From Eledone cirrhosa (lineage: Eukaryota): a DNA stretch of 64,000 nt. Position 1 is the stretch's first letter. Each line of letters starts with the position of its first letter. The notes under the pieces are model-generated. The model was not told where the DNA came from and searched no databases. It saw only the letters and a program-made list of their open reading frames with translations. Location: positions 44,188 through 108,187 of the forward strand of contig CAXHJY010000195.1 of NCBI GenBank assembly GCA_964016885.1. The letters run 5' to 3'. Position numbers and translations under genes: made by a program. Shown piece after piece: positions 11,969 to 27,400 of this stretch.

Positions 11969-13204
11969 AGGTTTCTTGGTGAGGAGGGTGACTTTGGACA
12001 TCCTGCAGGACTAAAAACAAAACCTGTCAAAGAGCAAAGGAGCTCTTAAGAGTCAATGGCCATCCAAAATCACCGGGAGAGATGACCCCTTAGCCTTTGT
12101 CAAGGCAGAATTCTAGGAGAAGGAAAACTCTGATATAACACCTGCAACCCTGATGCTATCCAATGGTGTTGACGTGTTCTTCTTTTTGGTAAATATCATC
12201 TTGGTTAAGAGAGTGGGACTGGCTTTGTGCAGTGCCTTTGCTCACTATAAAAGCTTCACGGCACAGGCATTGCTTTATATCTGGAGATCTCTCTGCACTT
12301 GTCGCCACATGGTACCATGGGCCCAGCACTATGTGTCAATAATTGTCACAAGTGTAGTGTTTGTACCAGAGTTTTCAAGTCGCTGGCTGGACTAAAAAGT
12401 CACACTCGTTCAGCGCATCGGTAGGGGTTCTCCTACATGGATATAAAGTAGTGGCCGTACTCGAAAACGAGTTGGCAGCCACCATGTATGTATATGTATG
12501 TGTATTAATGACATTTTTTTCATATTTTCTAATGTGTCACGTGTTTTATGCAATACACATCATAACATGTAAGAATTAATATTTATCATTTTAACTAAAT
12601 CAGAAGGAGGTGGTGGGCTTAATATGAACGGTAAAGGAATAATTTGACACCAGGTTCAAGTTAGCTCCGATGGGAAGGGGCCAATATGAAAGCGATTCCA
12701 GATTATCTTGAGGTAACTTAAAATAGGGGGAAAAGGTGGGGTAGCTTTGAAATGTTTATACCAAGGCTGTTATCAATACAGCTCTATCGTTAGCAATACA
12801 GCAATTTCACAATCCTACTTTACATAACGTCTTATATTTCAGGATATCTTAAGAAATTTTCTTCGGACAGTTCTTCTGGTGCATCTTAAAATAATGACAG
12901 TGCCTGTAGTATTTCCTAATTAATCAACGCTTCTGTATTTATAATTTCCCGAACACATCAGCTGAGAACTTTGCGGTAATATAACCTGATCTCGCATCTA
13001 ATTAGTATGGGAGTTATTTGGCGTCCATCACAGACGAACACACATCAAATAGCTTACTCCTGTGAGCATTCATGGGTGAAGTGTCATTTCAGACGGCTAC
13101 TATTAAATTTATTTCAACGAAAACATCGACAGGAGCTGGTCAGGGAGTTTACTTTTCCTGTGTCTTGTTCTGACTTCAATGAAACTTTCAACTTTGAATA
13201 ATAA

Positions 13205-13395
13205 TAATTTTCTACTTTTTATCACAAGGCCAGCAATTACCCAGTGCATTACTGGTACTTTATTTTATCGACCCCGTAAGGATGAAAGGCAAAGTTAACC
13301 TCGTCGGGATTTGAACTCAGAATGGCAAGGGCCGTAACTCTATGCGTCAAAGTATGGCGTCCGACCCTCTACCGATACTGCCAGTCCACCGCCTT
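13205..13395 (-). mobile_element. SINE copy
   Basis: Consensus match, between (AAT)n tracts. Confidence 0.85.
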
Positions 13396-13437
13396 TTTGA
13401 ATAATAATAATAATAATGATAATAATAATAATAATAA

Positions 13438-14860
13438 TGGTTTCTTTATTGGCCACAAGGGTAACACGAAGAAAAACATTAGAGACGGCACAGAACTGTA
13501 CAGGACGATACAAAGTAGGTTTTGGTCGTGTAAACAGGTTATAACAAAATCGGGCTAGAAATCAAAAAAATTCAAACAACAAAAATTCCCCCAAAAGGGG
13601 GAAACCTCCGAGGGTCACTCGAGGCGAAAACCACACAAAAAACACCACGGCCACCCTGACAAGGGCAAGCGCCCTCTCTCAGTTTTCCCATTGCTCAGTC
13701 TACAGGCGCATACTCAGAGCGGGTATGTTCACTCGGACCAGACTCGCCACTTTCACCCACCTTTCAACAAACTTACTAAAAGACAGCACTTGCCTCTCCA
13801 CCCTGATTTTCCTCTTAAAGTGAAACTTGAAAAAGTTAATCCGGGATTGGCCGAAGAGGAAAGTGTCCGTCTTCAACCCTTTCAACCTTGTCCACCACAC
13901 AATCCCTTTCGCCATGGCCACCAAGCAGATGAAAACTGCCTGCCCTTCCTCCTCTTTAAAGGAGGATGGCGGGGTTATCTGCACAATGGACTCAATCGAT
14001 AACCGGATCCGTCCTACACGTGACAGCAGCTGTTCGACATAGCTCCACAATTCAGCAATCCTCGGGCACTGAACGAGTGCGTGCAGGACGGTTTTGTCGC
14101 CCTGCGCGCATCTCGGACAGGCTCGGCTGACAGCACCTCCGTGCCTGTAGAGCTTATCCTGAACCGGCAACGATCTCCGGTAGCACTGCCAAGACAGGGA
14201 TTTCTGGAAGTTGTCCATAGGCCCCGGTTTGAAAGTTCTCTTGAAGAGAGCGAACAGCTGATCGTCTTTGACACCCTGGGTCTCCCCGAGAACGTCGTCG
14301 CTCTTTCCTTCCACCAGCCCTCTATAGAACGCCGAGGTGGATGTTCCACCGATACTAGTGCCCAGCTGGTAGGGGGTGGTGAGCGCTTGGAGACATTCTA
14401 GCTTCCAACCGCTATCCCTCGGTCTTTTCCTGATCCAGGACTGTAGCTCCGTCAAGGAGACGAGCTGGGGAAAAGCGCGTCTGGCAAACGGCGACCACAC
14501 CTGTTCACCGTCAAGGAAGCACCAGAGATGTCGCAGCCTCAGCGCATGTTTGCGCATCATCATCCACGGCATGCCTAGTCTTCCACGCAACGGGTGTTGG
14601 CAGCAAATTGATCGTCTGACCATGGGAGCACGTCCCTTCCACAAAAAGCGGAAGAGTTGGGTGGGGGGAAAGGTACGACGGTCAGGCGGTAGTAGATGAC
14701 GGACGCTATGTACGCATTCACCACCTCATCCAGACCTTTCAGAGACAGCCTCCTCTCGGCCCATTTCTGGGTGAGAGAGGCCACCCTGCTCGTCACCTCG
14801 CTCCAGTTTTTCTCCATCTGGAGGTCCGGACCGAACCAGACCCCGAGCAATTTAACCGGT
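13438..14860 (-). mobile_element. 5'-truncated Tx1-clade LINE (ORF2 C-terminal part, frameshifted), related to the element at 32174-38053
   Basis: ORFs 14575-14904 and 13700-14644 align with ORF2 (PVKLLGVWFGPDLQ...CPRCAQGD.TVLHALVQC); 3' end runs into (TTA)n. Confidence 0.9.
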
Positions 14861-14934
14861 ACATTTGTGACAGGTACATAAAGCGACTTACTGGAAGCGA
14901 GCAAAAAAACGTCCGATCAGACCAATAATAATAA

Positions 14935-15115
14935 TAATTGTTTCTACTTTTGGCACAAGGCCAACAATTACCCAGTACATTACTGGTACTTTATTTTATT
15001 GACCCCGTCATGATGAAAGGCAAAGTTAACCTCAACGGGATTTGAACTCAGAATGGCAAGGGCCGTAACTCTATGCGTCAAAGCATGGCGTCCGACCCTC
15101 TACCGATACTGCCAA
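14935..15115 (-). mobile_element. SINE copy flanked by (AAT)n on both sides
   Basis: Consensus match. Confidence 0.85.
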
Positions 15116-15264
15116 TAATAATAATAATAATGATGATAATGATAATGATCTGTGTAATATCAATATGATAGAGGGGACATAGTGTATTGAACTGGGTATG
15201 AGATCAACAGTTAATGATTATTGAATTCAAAGATATCTCAGTGAGAAGGTCGGCTTCATACGAC

Positions 15265-15852
15265 CCAACTTAAACACCATCTGAAGACAGATCATCTGTG
15301 TAAGACCCAACCTAAACACCATCTGAAGACAGATCATCTGTGTAAGACCCAACCTAAACACCATCTGAAGACAGATCATCTGTGTAAGACCCAACCTAAA
15401 CACCATCTGAAGACAGACCATCTGTTAAGGCCCAACTTAAACACCATCTGAAGACAGACCATCTGTTAAGGCCCAACTTAAACACCATCTGAAGACATAC
15501 CATCTTTTAAGGCCCAACTTAATGAAGACAGACCATCTGTTAAGATCCAACCTAAACACCATCTGAAGACAGACCATCTGTTAAGGCCCAACTTAAACAC
15601 CATCTGAAGACAGACCATCTGTTAAGATCCAACCTAAACACCATCTGAAGACAGATCATCCGTTAAGATCCAACCTAAACACCATCTGTTAAGGCCCAAC
15701 CTAAACACCATCTGAAGACAGACCATCTGTTAAGGCCCAACCTAAACACCATCTGAAGACAGACTATCTGTTAAGGCCCAACCTAAACACCATCTGAAGA
15801 CAGATCATCTGTTAAGACCCAACCTAAACACCATCTGTTAAGACCCAACCTA
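15265..15852. repeat. 37-39-bp minisatellite, ~16 units
   Basis: Unit aaacaccatctgaagacagaccatctgttaaggcccaacct with internal deletions. Confidence 0.9.
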
Positions 15853-16204
15853 GAACCCGGTGGGGTGGGGGGCATCAAAAGAGATTTTTTTAAATTTCTT
15901 GATCTAAAATTGAAACGAAACAAAACAAAACAAAATAAAAAACAACTTCCTGAAATATATTATTTATTCTGAATTACCAAAGATTCAGTAAATTTAATTC
16001 TGCAGCTGAATAATCATGAACAACCAATTTAGATGTCATACCTGCTGCTGGTGATTAATTAATTACTTAATTAATTTGTACTAAACTACAACTTGTAATA
16101 TAGCTTCCACTTGATGACACTGGGTGATCTCTTCAGTTTTCACTCCATAAAACATGGCGTCATGGCCAGGCAATACTTTAACGACCAACAGCAGAAAATA
16201 ATAC

Positions 16205-16590
16205 TTTCTGATTTAGACAAAGGCCAACAATTTTAGGGGAAAGGGAAAGTCGAGTAAATGGACATCAGTGCATTACTGATACTTTATTTGATCGACCCTG
16301 TAAGGATGAAAAGCAAAGCTAACCTCGGCGGGATTTGATTCAGAACGTAAAGGGTCGTAGCTCTATGCTGCAAAGCATGGTGTCCGACACTCTACTGATA
16401 CTGCCAATTCACAGCAGAAAATAAGGGATTGTTTTTCAATACCAATATCACTTCTTTTGATTGGCAGAATCAGTAGAGAGTCAGACACCATGCTTTGCAG
16501 CATAGAGTTATGGCCCGTTGCGTTCTCAGTTCAAATCCAGCCGAGGTTAGCTTTGCCTTTCATCCTTACAGGGTCGATATAATCGATTAT
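16205..16590. mobile_element. Divergent pair of SINE copies (- then +)
   Basis: Consensus matches in opposite orientation. Confidence 0.7.
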
Positions 16591-16651
16591 ATGACTTCCC
16601 TCAAAGATTTGTGGTTTCGTCGCTTTATTAGAAATCAATATTTTGGTACTA

Positions 16652-16977
16652 CATTGTACCCCTGGCATTCGCGGTTCCGATTATTTGCGGAATTTTCCTC
16701 AGAACCTAACTAACAATTGTACGTGGAAACCACTGCATATTCGCGGAATCGTACATATCTTCCGCGATAATTTTTGGTGAGGCGGCTTTTTTCGTGGCAA
16801 TATGTATTCTTTAACGCTAAATTATTAATAACGATATACCGTATTTGCCGGTCTATATTTTACGTTACGTTTTGACGTTTATAGGCATTTTTATGGACCA
16901 CGTCCAACATTCGCGGGGTTTTCCCTCTTGGCGGGTACTCTAGGAACGTAACCCTCGCGAATACCGGGGGACAACTG
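16652..16977. mobile_element. Tc1/mariner-pogo (Tigger-like) MITE
   Basis: Imperfect TIRs cattgtacccctggcattcgcg / cgcgaataccgggggacaactg with TA flanks; second copy at 49061-49393. Confidence 0.7.
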
Positions 16978-17655
16978 TAGTTCATAATTGATTATATTAT
17001 CATACTTCCTACAAAGATTGGTGGTTGGGTTGTTATTCTTGAAATCAATGTTTTGTTACTAGTTCATATTTCATTACACATCTTACGTCTAAGTTTATGA
17101 AACCCACAGATGTCCAGAGCCTAGGGTGTCTGATTTTAATCCGATGGGTCAGCAGTTTGCGCCCATTTTTGCCACTTAGTCAGGGAGAAAAGAACTGTAT
17201 TTATTGTCCTTTATTTTTCGGGTGTCTAAAACAGGTGGCAACAAGGGTGGAAGTTATCCACAAAACAAAAGACCTGACCCGAATGCTTATAACAGAATGA
17301 ACTCCTTTAAAACACTCAAGTCTACCACCCATTGAAGTTGCATCTTTGTGTTTCTTGATATTGGTTTATTTACAGATTGGACGGAGTGCTTTTAGTTTCT
17401 TATGAAACTGAAACTAACGTTCGTATTCATCTAGAATAGTTGCTGTAATTGGTTAGGGAATGTTTGGTGAATTCAGGCTAAAAGGTGGGGTGAACCTGTT
17501 AATGTTTATTTTTCAGTTTCTGTCAAGTTTTAGATTCATTTGTGTATAGAATTGTGCTGTTTAGTCATATATTGCTTTGCCAGAAAATACTGCGGAAATT
17601 TACCGGCTTATGTTGCTGATTCGATTGTTAGTTTTTATTATTATGATGATTTGAA

Positions 17656-18645
17656 GGCGGTGGATTGGCAGTATCGGTAGAGGGTCGGACGCCATGCTTT
17701 GACGCAAAGAGTTACGGCCCTTTCCATTCTGAGTTCAAATCCCGCCGAGGTTAATTTTGTCTTTCATCCTTACGCGGTCGAGAAAATAAAGTAATACCAG
17801 TAATACACTGGTTAATTTCTGGCCTTGTGCCAAAAGTAGAAACAATTATTATGATGATTTGAAACTACCTTTGAGTTCTGCTTCTTTCCAAATCATGCCG
17901 AGTGTCAACCCGGTACCCGGTACCCGAGGTAATATTTCATAATTGTTTCTACTTTTGGTACAAGACCAGCAATTATTACTGGTACTTTATTTTATCGACC
18001 CCGTAATGATGAAAGGCAAAGTTAACCTCGGTGGGATTTGAACTCAGACCATAAAGGGCCGTAACTAGTCTGAGTTCAAATCCCACCGAGGTTAACTTTG
18101 CCTTTCATCCTTAGGGGGTCGATAAAATAAAGTACCAGTAATACACTGGGATAATTGCTGTTCATAATACACACATTTTACAATCAATTGTCACACAAAT
18201 GATGCCAAAAGGGCACAAATAACAGTAAATGACCTTGCAAAGTTTTTAAATTGATAATTGTTTCTACTTTAGGCACAAGGCCAGCAATCACCCAGTGCAT
18301 TACTGGTACTTTATTTTATCGACTCCGTAAGGATGAAAGGCAAAGTCAATATCGGCGGGATTTGAACTCAGATCGTAATGGGACGTAACTATGCTGGAAA
18401 GCATGGCGTCCGACCCTCTACCGATACTGCCAATCCACCGCACCCAGTTTTTAAATTGATAATGCCCTTCTTAGGACATGGGCAGTGCCAGTCAGTTTTC
18501 TGTATCTCTTGCAGCGATGGCTTTCCAGGTATTAAATCCCGCCGAGGTTTGCTTTGCCTTTCATCCTTAAGGGGTCGATAAAATAAAGTCTCAGTAATGC
18601 ACTGGTGGTAATTACTGGCTTTGTGCCAAAAGTAGAATCAATTAT
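17656..18645. mobile_element. SINE cluster (~5 copies), including a foldback pair at ~17975-18142
   Basis: Consensus matches on both strands. Confidence 0.8.
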
Positions 18646-19483
18646 TAATATTTAATTTGGATGACTGGGATGTTTGTTTACATACAGCTGTTTTCTTTGG
18701 AACTTTGAATTGAAAATCTTCGACATCGATCTGACGTGTGAAAGGATACATACGACAGGACAACTTTTTCTTCCTCGTCTTTCCCAATTAATTTTCAAAA
18801 ATATTTTCAAGCAGAAATCATCAATTAATGACCTTTCATAACCAATTACTTACCTGCCTGAAAACAGAAGATTTTTAATTGAGTTATCTAAACACACACA
18901 CACACGTACACACGTACATACGTGCACACACACACGTACACACATGCGCACACACACACACGTACACATACGCACACACACATATACATGCACACGCACA
19001 CACAAACACGTACAGACATGTATATATGTATATATATATATATTATAGAAGATGTGTGTAAAAGTGTGTGTGTATGTGTGTGTGCCTGTAAGTGTGGGTT
19101 TTAGCATGTTTATGTATTATATTAGTGTGTGAATGTGCTTTACTTAGATAATAGAGATACATTCTCCATTCTGTCCGCCGAGGCAGCGATGCAGTCAGCG
19201 CGTGGGGCCCCGTGTTCTTATAATAGTGAGAGATAGGAAGAGCGGGAAAACGGGGTGATGATAGTGGGAGTTTGGTTCCTCTGTGTTCAGACTTGGTGTA
19301 CGCGTGGGCGTAATTTTACACTTATTTTCGGCTTTTTCCAGAAAATAATAGAGATGTGTATGAAGACATGTACGATATGTTTGCGTATAATAGACACATA
19401 TATAGTTGTTACCATGTCTACTTTAAGCTGTGATATGATCACAGCTTAAAACAGATATATGTATATTTATTATACATAAACAT

Positions 19484-19850
19484 CTGAGTTCAAATCCCAC
19501 CAAGGTTTGCTTTGCCTTTCATCTTTACAGGGTCGATAAAATAAAGTACCAGTAATGCACTGGTTAATTGCTGGCCTTGTGCCTAAAGTAGAAACAGTTA
19601 TTTGTCATCGGAAAGGGCGGTGGATTGGCAGTATCGGTAGAGGGTCGGACGCCATGCTTTCCAGCATAGTTACGTCCCTTTACGGTCTGAGTTCAAATCC
19701 CGCCGAGGTTCACTTTGCCTTTCATCCTTACGGGGTCGATAAAATAAAGTACCAGTAACGTACTTGGGTCAACGTAATTGACTTTCTACTACCCCAAGAG
19801 TGTTGGCCTTATGCCTAAAACAGAAACAGTTGTTTATAAATATCGTATAT
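19484..19850 (+). mobile_element. Tandem SINE dimer with the same junction as the 3247-3830 tandem
   Basis: agtagaaacagttatttgtcatcggaaagggcggtggattgg. Confidence 0.8.
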
Positions 19851-20134
19851 GTTTTCGTGTGTACTTCTATCATGGAACACGCTATATTAGAGGTATTACT
19901 GATCTTTACTTAGGCGTATGCAAATATGCATATACATAAATAACCACCCCTTTTGGTCATGAAAGGCAAAGTTGACCTCGATGGGATTTGAACTCAGTGA
20001 GTTGAGAGCCGGAACGAATAACGTGAAACATTCTCTCTGACGTTCTAACGACTCTGTCTATTCGCCATCTTGTCCCATGAGGATGATGATGATAAATAAT
20101 GTTATTTCCTCATCTCTCTCTCTCCCTCTCTCTC

Positions 20135-21142
<1,008 letters not shown>

Positions 21143-21210
21143 CTTTATACTTTCACTCATGTAGGACACCTCGGTTATTTTTGATTTTGTAAAAAAAACC
21201 TCACTTTCTA

Positions 21211-21275
<65 letters not shown>

Positions 21276-21309
21276 CACAGTGACTGCTTCACAGTATCCA
21301 TTGGAGATT

Positions 21310-21565
21310 CTTAGCCTCTGTCAAAAAAGAATCACGTACAAAAATGCAGTCCCTTTCTTCTGCCAGAGCGATCTGCACGGATAGTTTTGAAATTCTTCAC
21401 CTTCACCTCGGCTTCCAAGTGGAGGGGATTGAGATGCGTTTCGGTGAGGACGAAATAAGGGATGTGATTAGGGTGGGCATCAACCCAATCTTCAAGAAAT
21501 TTGATCTTCCATTTTTGAGTATTGGTGGAAGGGCCTTGAGCATTAAGCAAAAATGATGAGGCTAA
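21310..21565 (-). pseudogene. N-terminal APE endonuclease fragment of a LINE (CR1/L2/Jockey-group-like)
   Basis: LNAQG...FVLTETHL...FKTIRADRSGRRKG motifs. Confidence 0.65.
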
Positions 21566-22172
21566 AGTGGTGACTGATTTTAATTGTTTGGCGGGGAGGG
21601 GGTTGTTAATGACAACAATGGAAATTTCTGAAGTAGGGTGGTAGTGGAGGGTGGTGTTGGTTGTTGGCTAGAATATTTTTTTGTAGTTCATTATGCCAGG
21701 TTCATTATGACTAAAAAAGAGGGTTCCTGTTTAGGGAACTGTAAGTGATTGTAGTTGGTTAGGATTTTTATTTCTATTTGTGCGACAAGTCCCCGGAAGA
21801 TAGGTAAAAGAAGAATCAAGCGGCAGAATAGCGGAAGATTTTGGGATTTCATGTTACATGTGTGTGTGTGTGTGTGTGTATTATTTGGAAATGGGAATCA
21901 GTCTTGTGGGCTGTGCATTGAAGAAATAATCAATATCCTGAGGAGTGGCGTAATAGTGCTTGTATAAACACAAGATCTGAGTTGAGTTCTTTTCACGTTG
22001 TCTCCACGGTTCGAAAGATCTATTACGTAATTTTAAAGCCCTGACTATCGGATGTGACACCTCTAGACCAAATATCATGAATAATCTATTGTATTCAGAG
22101 CTTTCGCAGTTACCTCCCCCAAATTGATCTAACGGGATCTTAATCTGTTCTTATAATAAATATTTGCTCTAC

Positions 22173-22224
<52 letters not shown>

Positions 22225-22768
22225 CTATATAATCCTTACAAACACTCTTCAGATTTTAGTCTTCACATTTATTATTACTATATATATATATATATATATA
22301 TATACACGTGTGTGTGAATTGGGAGGGATGGGGCTGCGTGGTTACTAATAACGAGTGCTAGAAAGGAAACCACAAAAATGAGATAGACATTTTCCCTTCA
22401 TCAGTTGTCTACTATGGGTCACAAATGTGTCAGTGCATTATAGACAATACATCTATCCATAGCGTGCCCAAAACTTATTATATATATTATTCAGTTGATG
22501 AAAGTTGGTTAATCAAATAATCTACCGACTTTTTCGTAAACAGACGTAAAGCACTCAACGATTTGTATTCCCTAGTATTTTCTCTGTAAGGCATCAACTG
22601 GAATTTTAATATAATAAATAAGAGAAATGATTTTAATCGTTCGTCTTCATTTTATTATCTAATTCCATTGGGCGTATTTCAAAGATGCAAGGGTGGTTAT
22701 ATAATAACCCCCTAGCATATTTGAATAAAGCCGTCTCTTATTTATTATTATTATTATTATTATTATTT

Positions 22769-24449
22769 GCATTTATCTTGCTTTATGTTCATACGAGTTA
22801 TCACCAAGTCACAACCAGTGACCTCAAGAGACAATAAGGTCCGCCATGTTCAAGAAAGAACATACATATTCACACATGCATCCTTAGTGTTTAGACTTGT
22901 GATGTACTTATATTGACAGGATCTTCCTTAGTATATGGGCAGTTCCCATTAGTACTATCTTTTGTATTTCTCCTATACGCGGGTTTCCTGGGATTTGCGA
23001 TAAGTAGTCGTTAGACCCCTTAGGTATCATTCCCAGAGCGCCTACAACCACTGGTATTGTTTTAGTTCTCAATTTCCACATTTTTCAAATTTCTATCTCC
23101 AGGTCCTTATACTTGCTCAATTTTTCAAATGTTTTTATAGATACATTCTTGTCTATTGGAACAGACATATCAATTAGCAGGCAAGTCCTTCAATATTATA
23201 TCAGGTCTATTTGCATCTATTTTTCGGTCTGTTTGGATGCTAAAGTTCCACAAGATTGAGATGTGATCTTTTTCAAGTATGGGAGGTGGTTGATGCTCCC
23301 ATCAATTCTTTTGATGGGGCAGGTCAAAATGCTTACACATTATCCAATGTATGTATTGTGCAGCTCTGTCATGCCTGTTTAGGTATTCGGTTGGAGCTAT
23401 AGGACTGCACATTGAAATTATATGGTCAATGGTCTCTGGTTGTTTTTTGCATACACGGCATAATGGGCTGCACCCATTTTTTATTATGTTGGCTTGGTAA
23501 TTTTTTGTTGGCAGACACTGATCTTGTGCCGATATAATCAGTCCTTCAGTCTCCGATTTCAGTCCAGAGGATGCCAACCACTGATGGGTTAAAGTTTTGT
23601 CAACATCAGGATTGTTAGCTCGCTCTGGGTATTTTCCATACAGAGGCTTTTCTTGCCATTTCTTAGCCAGTTTCTGTAGCAGTTCTTTCTTTGCAGTTAC
23701 TTTTACCTGCTTTGCTTTTTCTGTGTTTTCCATTTCAGCAGTAAATGGGACTTCTGAAATTTGTAGGCCATTACTGTATCTTTGTGCATCTTTTGTAATG
23801 GAATATGATCTTTTGGGGCTTTCGTGTTTCAAAACGAGTTTGATCATCCAATCATGTGATTCCCTTAGATATGTGGATAATCCAATTGTTGCAGTTTTCA
23901 ACGTAATGTCTAACTGGATTAACCCACGTCCTCCTTCTTTCCTAGGGAAATATATTCTATCTATGTCTGCCTTAGGGTGATGCATTCTGTGCATGGTTAA
24001 GAATTTTCGGATTTTTGTATCGAGCCTACGGATCTCTGTGCTTGACAAGTTGATGACATTGTAACTGTAGGTTACTACTGGTATGGCAAGCGTGTTTATG
24101 GCATCGATCCTATTCCTTGCATTCAATTCCGTTCTTAAGATTGCTCTGACTCTGCGGTAACATTCCTTCCTTATCCTTTCCCTCATTGTCGAGTGCTTGA
24201 TTCCGTCTCCTTCACAAACACCTAGATATTTGTAAGTTTTTTCTTGATCAAGCTCTCTTATCACGTTCCCTCGATCAAGATTAATGTCTGAACTCTTCAG
24301 CAGCTTTCCTCTGGTGAACGTTGCTTTGGCGCATTTATCCAGTCCAAACTCCATTTTAATGTCATCACTGAACTGCTTCACAGTGGATAATAGCCCTTGC
24401 AATTGTTCATCATTTTTTGCAAATAGTTTCAGGTCATCCATGTAGAACA
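22769..24449 (-). mobile_element. 5'-truncated, mildly degraded R4/Dong-clade RT-RLE element (family B)
   Basis: FYMDDLKLF, CRVC..ETIDHIISMC, RHD, then RLE remnants ending GTAHILRKILSI*; (TTA)n on both sides. Confidence 0.9.
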
Positions 24450-24475
24450 TTATTATTATTATTATTGTTGTTATT

Positions 24476-27400
24476 CCTTGAATCTCAGTCATTGATGTTG
24501 GTTAACTGGAAAGTCCGTTGGATTGAATATCAAGCCACTACCTGCAGCCTCAGATATTCAGGACGTATCGGAGGGTTCTTGCTGTTCCAAGCAAGCATGC
24601 CTTTTGAAGCGTTCCAAAAAGCGTGAAGGGGCCGATTTTCTTTAACCATCCCTGGAAACATTTGGAGATAGTCCCCAGTGCGCCTATGACAATCGGGATC
24701 ACTTTGACTTCATGGCAGTTCCAAATCCTTTTCACCTCCCACTTTAGGTCCTGGTATCGGTTAATTTTCTCCCTCTCCTTCTCTTGCACTCTCGTGTCGA
24801 ACGGGCAGGCCACATCCACAATCAGACACGATCTTTTTTCTTTGTCCACAACCACCAGGTCAGGTCTATTGTGTTCCAGTTTTTTGTCCGTCTGTATCCT
24901 AAAATCCCACAGCACCTTCACCTGATTGTTCTCCATCACCGCCTCTGGCCTATGCTCATACCATTTCTCAGAATGTGGTAAATTGTTTACTTTGCACAGG
25001 TGCCAGTGGATCACCCTGCCCATCACATCGTGTCTGCAGCCCTTATAGTGGGTCTGGGCTAGGTGTTTACACTCGGACACAATGTGAGCCACAGTCTCCT
25101 CTCTCTCTCCACAGATCCTGCACAGTGGGCTAGCCTCCTCCTTGTAAATATGGTGCTTCAACCACTTCGTTTTGAGGGCCTGCTCCTGCGCAGCCATTAG
25201 CATTCCTTCTGTAGCCTTTTTGAGGTCTCCTCTTCTCAACCAGTTCCATGTCTGTGGATCTCTAAATTCAGTTTTCTCAAAGAAGGTACTATGAAGGGAT
25301 TTTCCCTTAAGGCTGCTCTTCCTCCTTGATGTTATTTCCTCCTTGGACATCCCCTGGCCTACTGTCCCCTCCTTCAGTACAGTTCTGAGCATTGGCTCCT
25401 TACTATAGGTCACGTATTTGTATAGGTTGTTTTTCTCCATCTGAACACAGTCCTCTATGCTGATAAGACCTCTTCCACCCTCAGATCTCCTTAGGTAGAG
25501 TCTATCGACATCACTCCTCTTGTGGAACATGTTGTAGATAGTCAATAGCTTCCTAGTCTTCCTATCCATTTCTTTTTGTTCAGCAACATTCCATCTCAGA
25601 ATTCCCGCACTGTACCTAATAATAGACACAGCTCGGGAATTTACTGCGCTTATGGCATTTCTGCTGTTCAGATGTGACTTCAATACGCTCCTTACTCTCC
25701 GAATGTATTCAGTTCTTAACAATTCCTTCATTTTTTTGTTCTTTATGCCATCAGCCTCCAGAACGCCCAAATACTTGTATCCTTCCTCAGAGTCAATTTC
25801 CTTTATCATCTCACCTGTTGGTATCTGGATCCCGTTACTTCTGCTCAACCTACCCCTCCTCATCACAATGACTCCACATTTACCAATACCAAACTGCATA
25901 CATATATCACTGCTGAAAATACGGACAGTGTCAACAAGCACATCCAACTCCTTCTCACTTTTCCCGAAGAGCTTAAGATCGTCCATGAAGAGGAGGTGAT
26001 TGATGGTAAGCTCTCCCCTTCCCAACTTGTATCCTGCTCTCACTTTTCGCAGCATAATGGTCAAGGGCATCAGGGCAAGGACAAACAACAGAGGGGACAG
26101 GCTATCTCCCTGGAAGATACCTCTCTTGATCTTCACGCTTCCCAAGGATACTCCAGTTGATGTCAACTCTGTCTCCCAGGACCCCATACTCCTGCCTAGC
26201 AACTGTCTGATGTTATCTGCCACCCTGAAGATCTCCAGGCTTTTGGTGATCCAAGAATGAGGCACCATGTCAAATGCCTTTCTGTAGTCTATCCATCCCA
26301 TGGCAAGATCAGTGTGTCTCCTCCTGCAATTCCCCATTACCATCTTATCAATAAGTAACTGGTCCTTTGTACCACGTGACTTCTTTCGGCATCCTTTCTG
26401 TTCGTCCGGTAACAAGTTGTTTGTGTGGAGGTGATGGTAGATTTCCTCAGACACAATGCTCGTCAACAGTTTCCACATTACGGACAGACATGTGATAGGT
26501 CTATAGTTGGTAACATCATTACCCTTGATTCGGTCTTTCATTGTGGTACCTTTTGTCAACCACTCTGGCACCTCACCCGACACCAAGCAGTCATTGAACA
26601 TGGCCGTCAGCTTCGGGTGGAGGGATGTTAAATGTTTAATCCAATACCCCTGCACACCATCTGGGCCTGGTGATTTCCAGTTGGTTAGTTTTTTGGCCTG
26701 CCCCTTAAGAGTTTCAACTGTGATACTCAAATCAGTTTGTTGTTGTGCCTGCTCACCGATCTCCCTCTGTACTGTCTCAATCCACCCTGCCTGGACATTA
26801 TGTCTAACATCCTGCTCCCATATTCCTCTCCAGAATGTTTTAGTTTGCTCCGCCCCAGGGATCAAGTCGTTGCCTCTTTCTTTCCCCTCAAGCTGTCCAA
26901 ACAGCATCTTCTGGTTGTTGTCGAACATGCGGTTCTGTTTATACTGACTGACTCTGTTCTCGTATCGCCTGATTTTTGCACTCTTTGCTACAATGCGTTG
27001 CTTCAGTTCCTCTATGATAATATTTAGCTTTTTCCTCCTGGTTTTGTATTTTATTTCCAGTCTATTTTTAGTGCCTATGTTTTTTAGTGTCCCATTCAGT
27101 AGTGACTCAAGCTTTCCTATGTCATTTCTCATTTCCCCGATTTGCCCACTCAGTCGCTTCTTCCACCACGGCTCTGCTCTTTCTTGTCTGTTGTTTCCTC
27201 TCGCTTTTATACCAAGTAGTTTCCTCACCGTATTTGCTGTTGCTTTGAGGATATTGTTGCACTGGTGAAGGCTCCTCGCCTCAAGGTATGGGATGACTTT
27301 GTTTACCTTAGCTGTTGTTTCTTTTAACTTTTTCCTGTCTACAAATCTTAGGTTCATAGGTCTCCCATTATCATTTTTCAATTCATCTACCACTAAATTT

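Noticed and set aside
15265-15852. Possible CRISPR-like array (also 1136-1380)
   Set aside because: Units are contiguous with no unique spacers; no cas genes; eukaryotic context
23302-24492. 396-aa ORF as a real protein start (MTEIQGITTIIIII)
   Set aside because: The N-terminus is read-through from the neighbouring element's 3'UTR and the TAA repeat into a truncated RT
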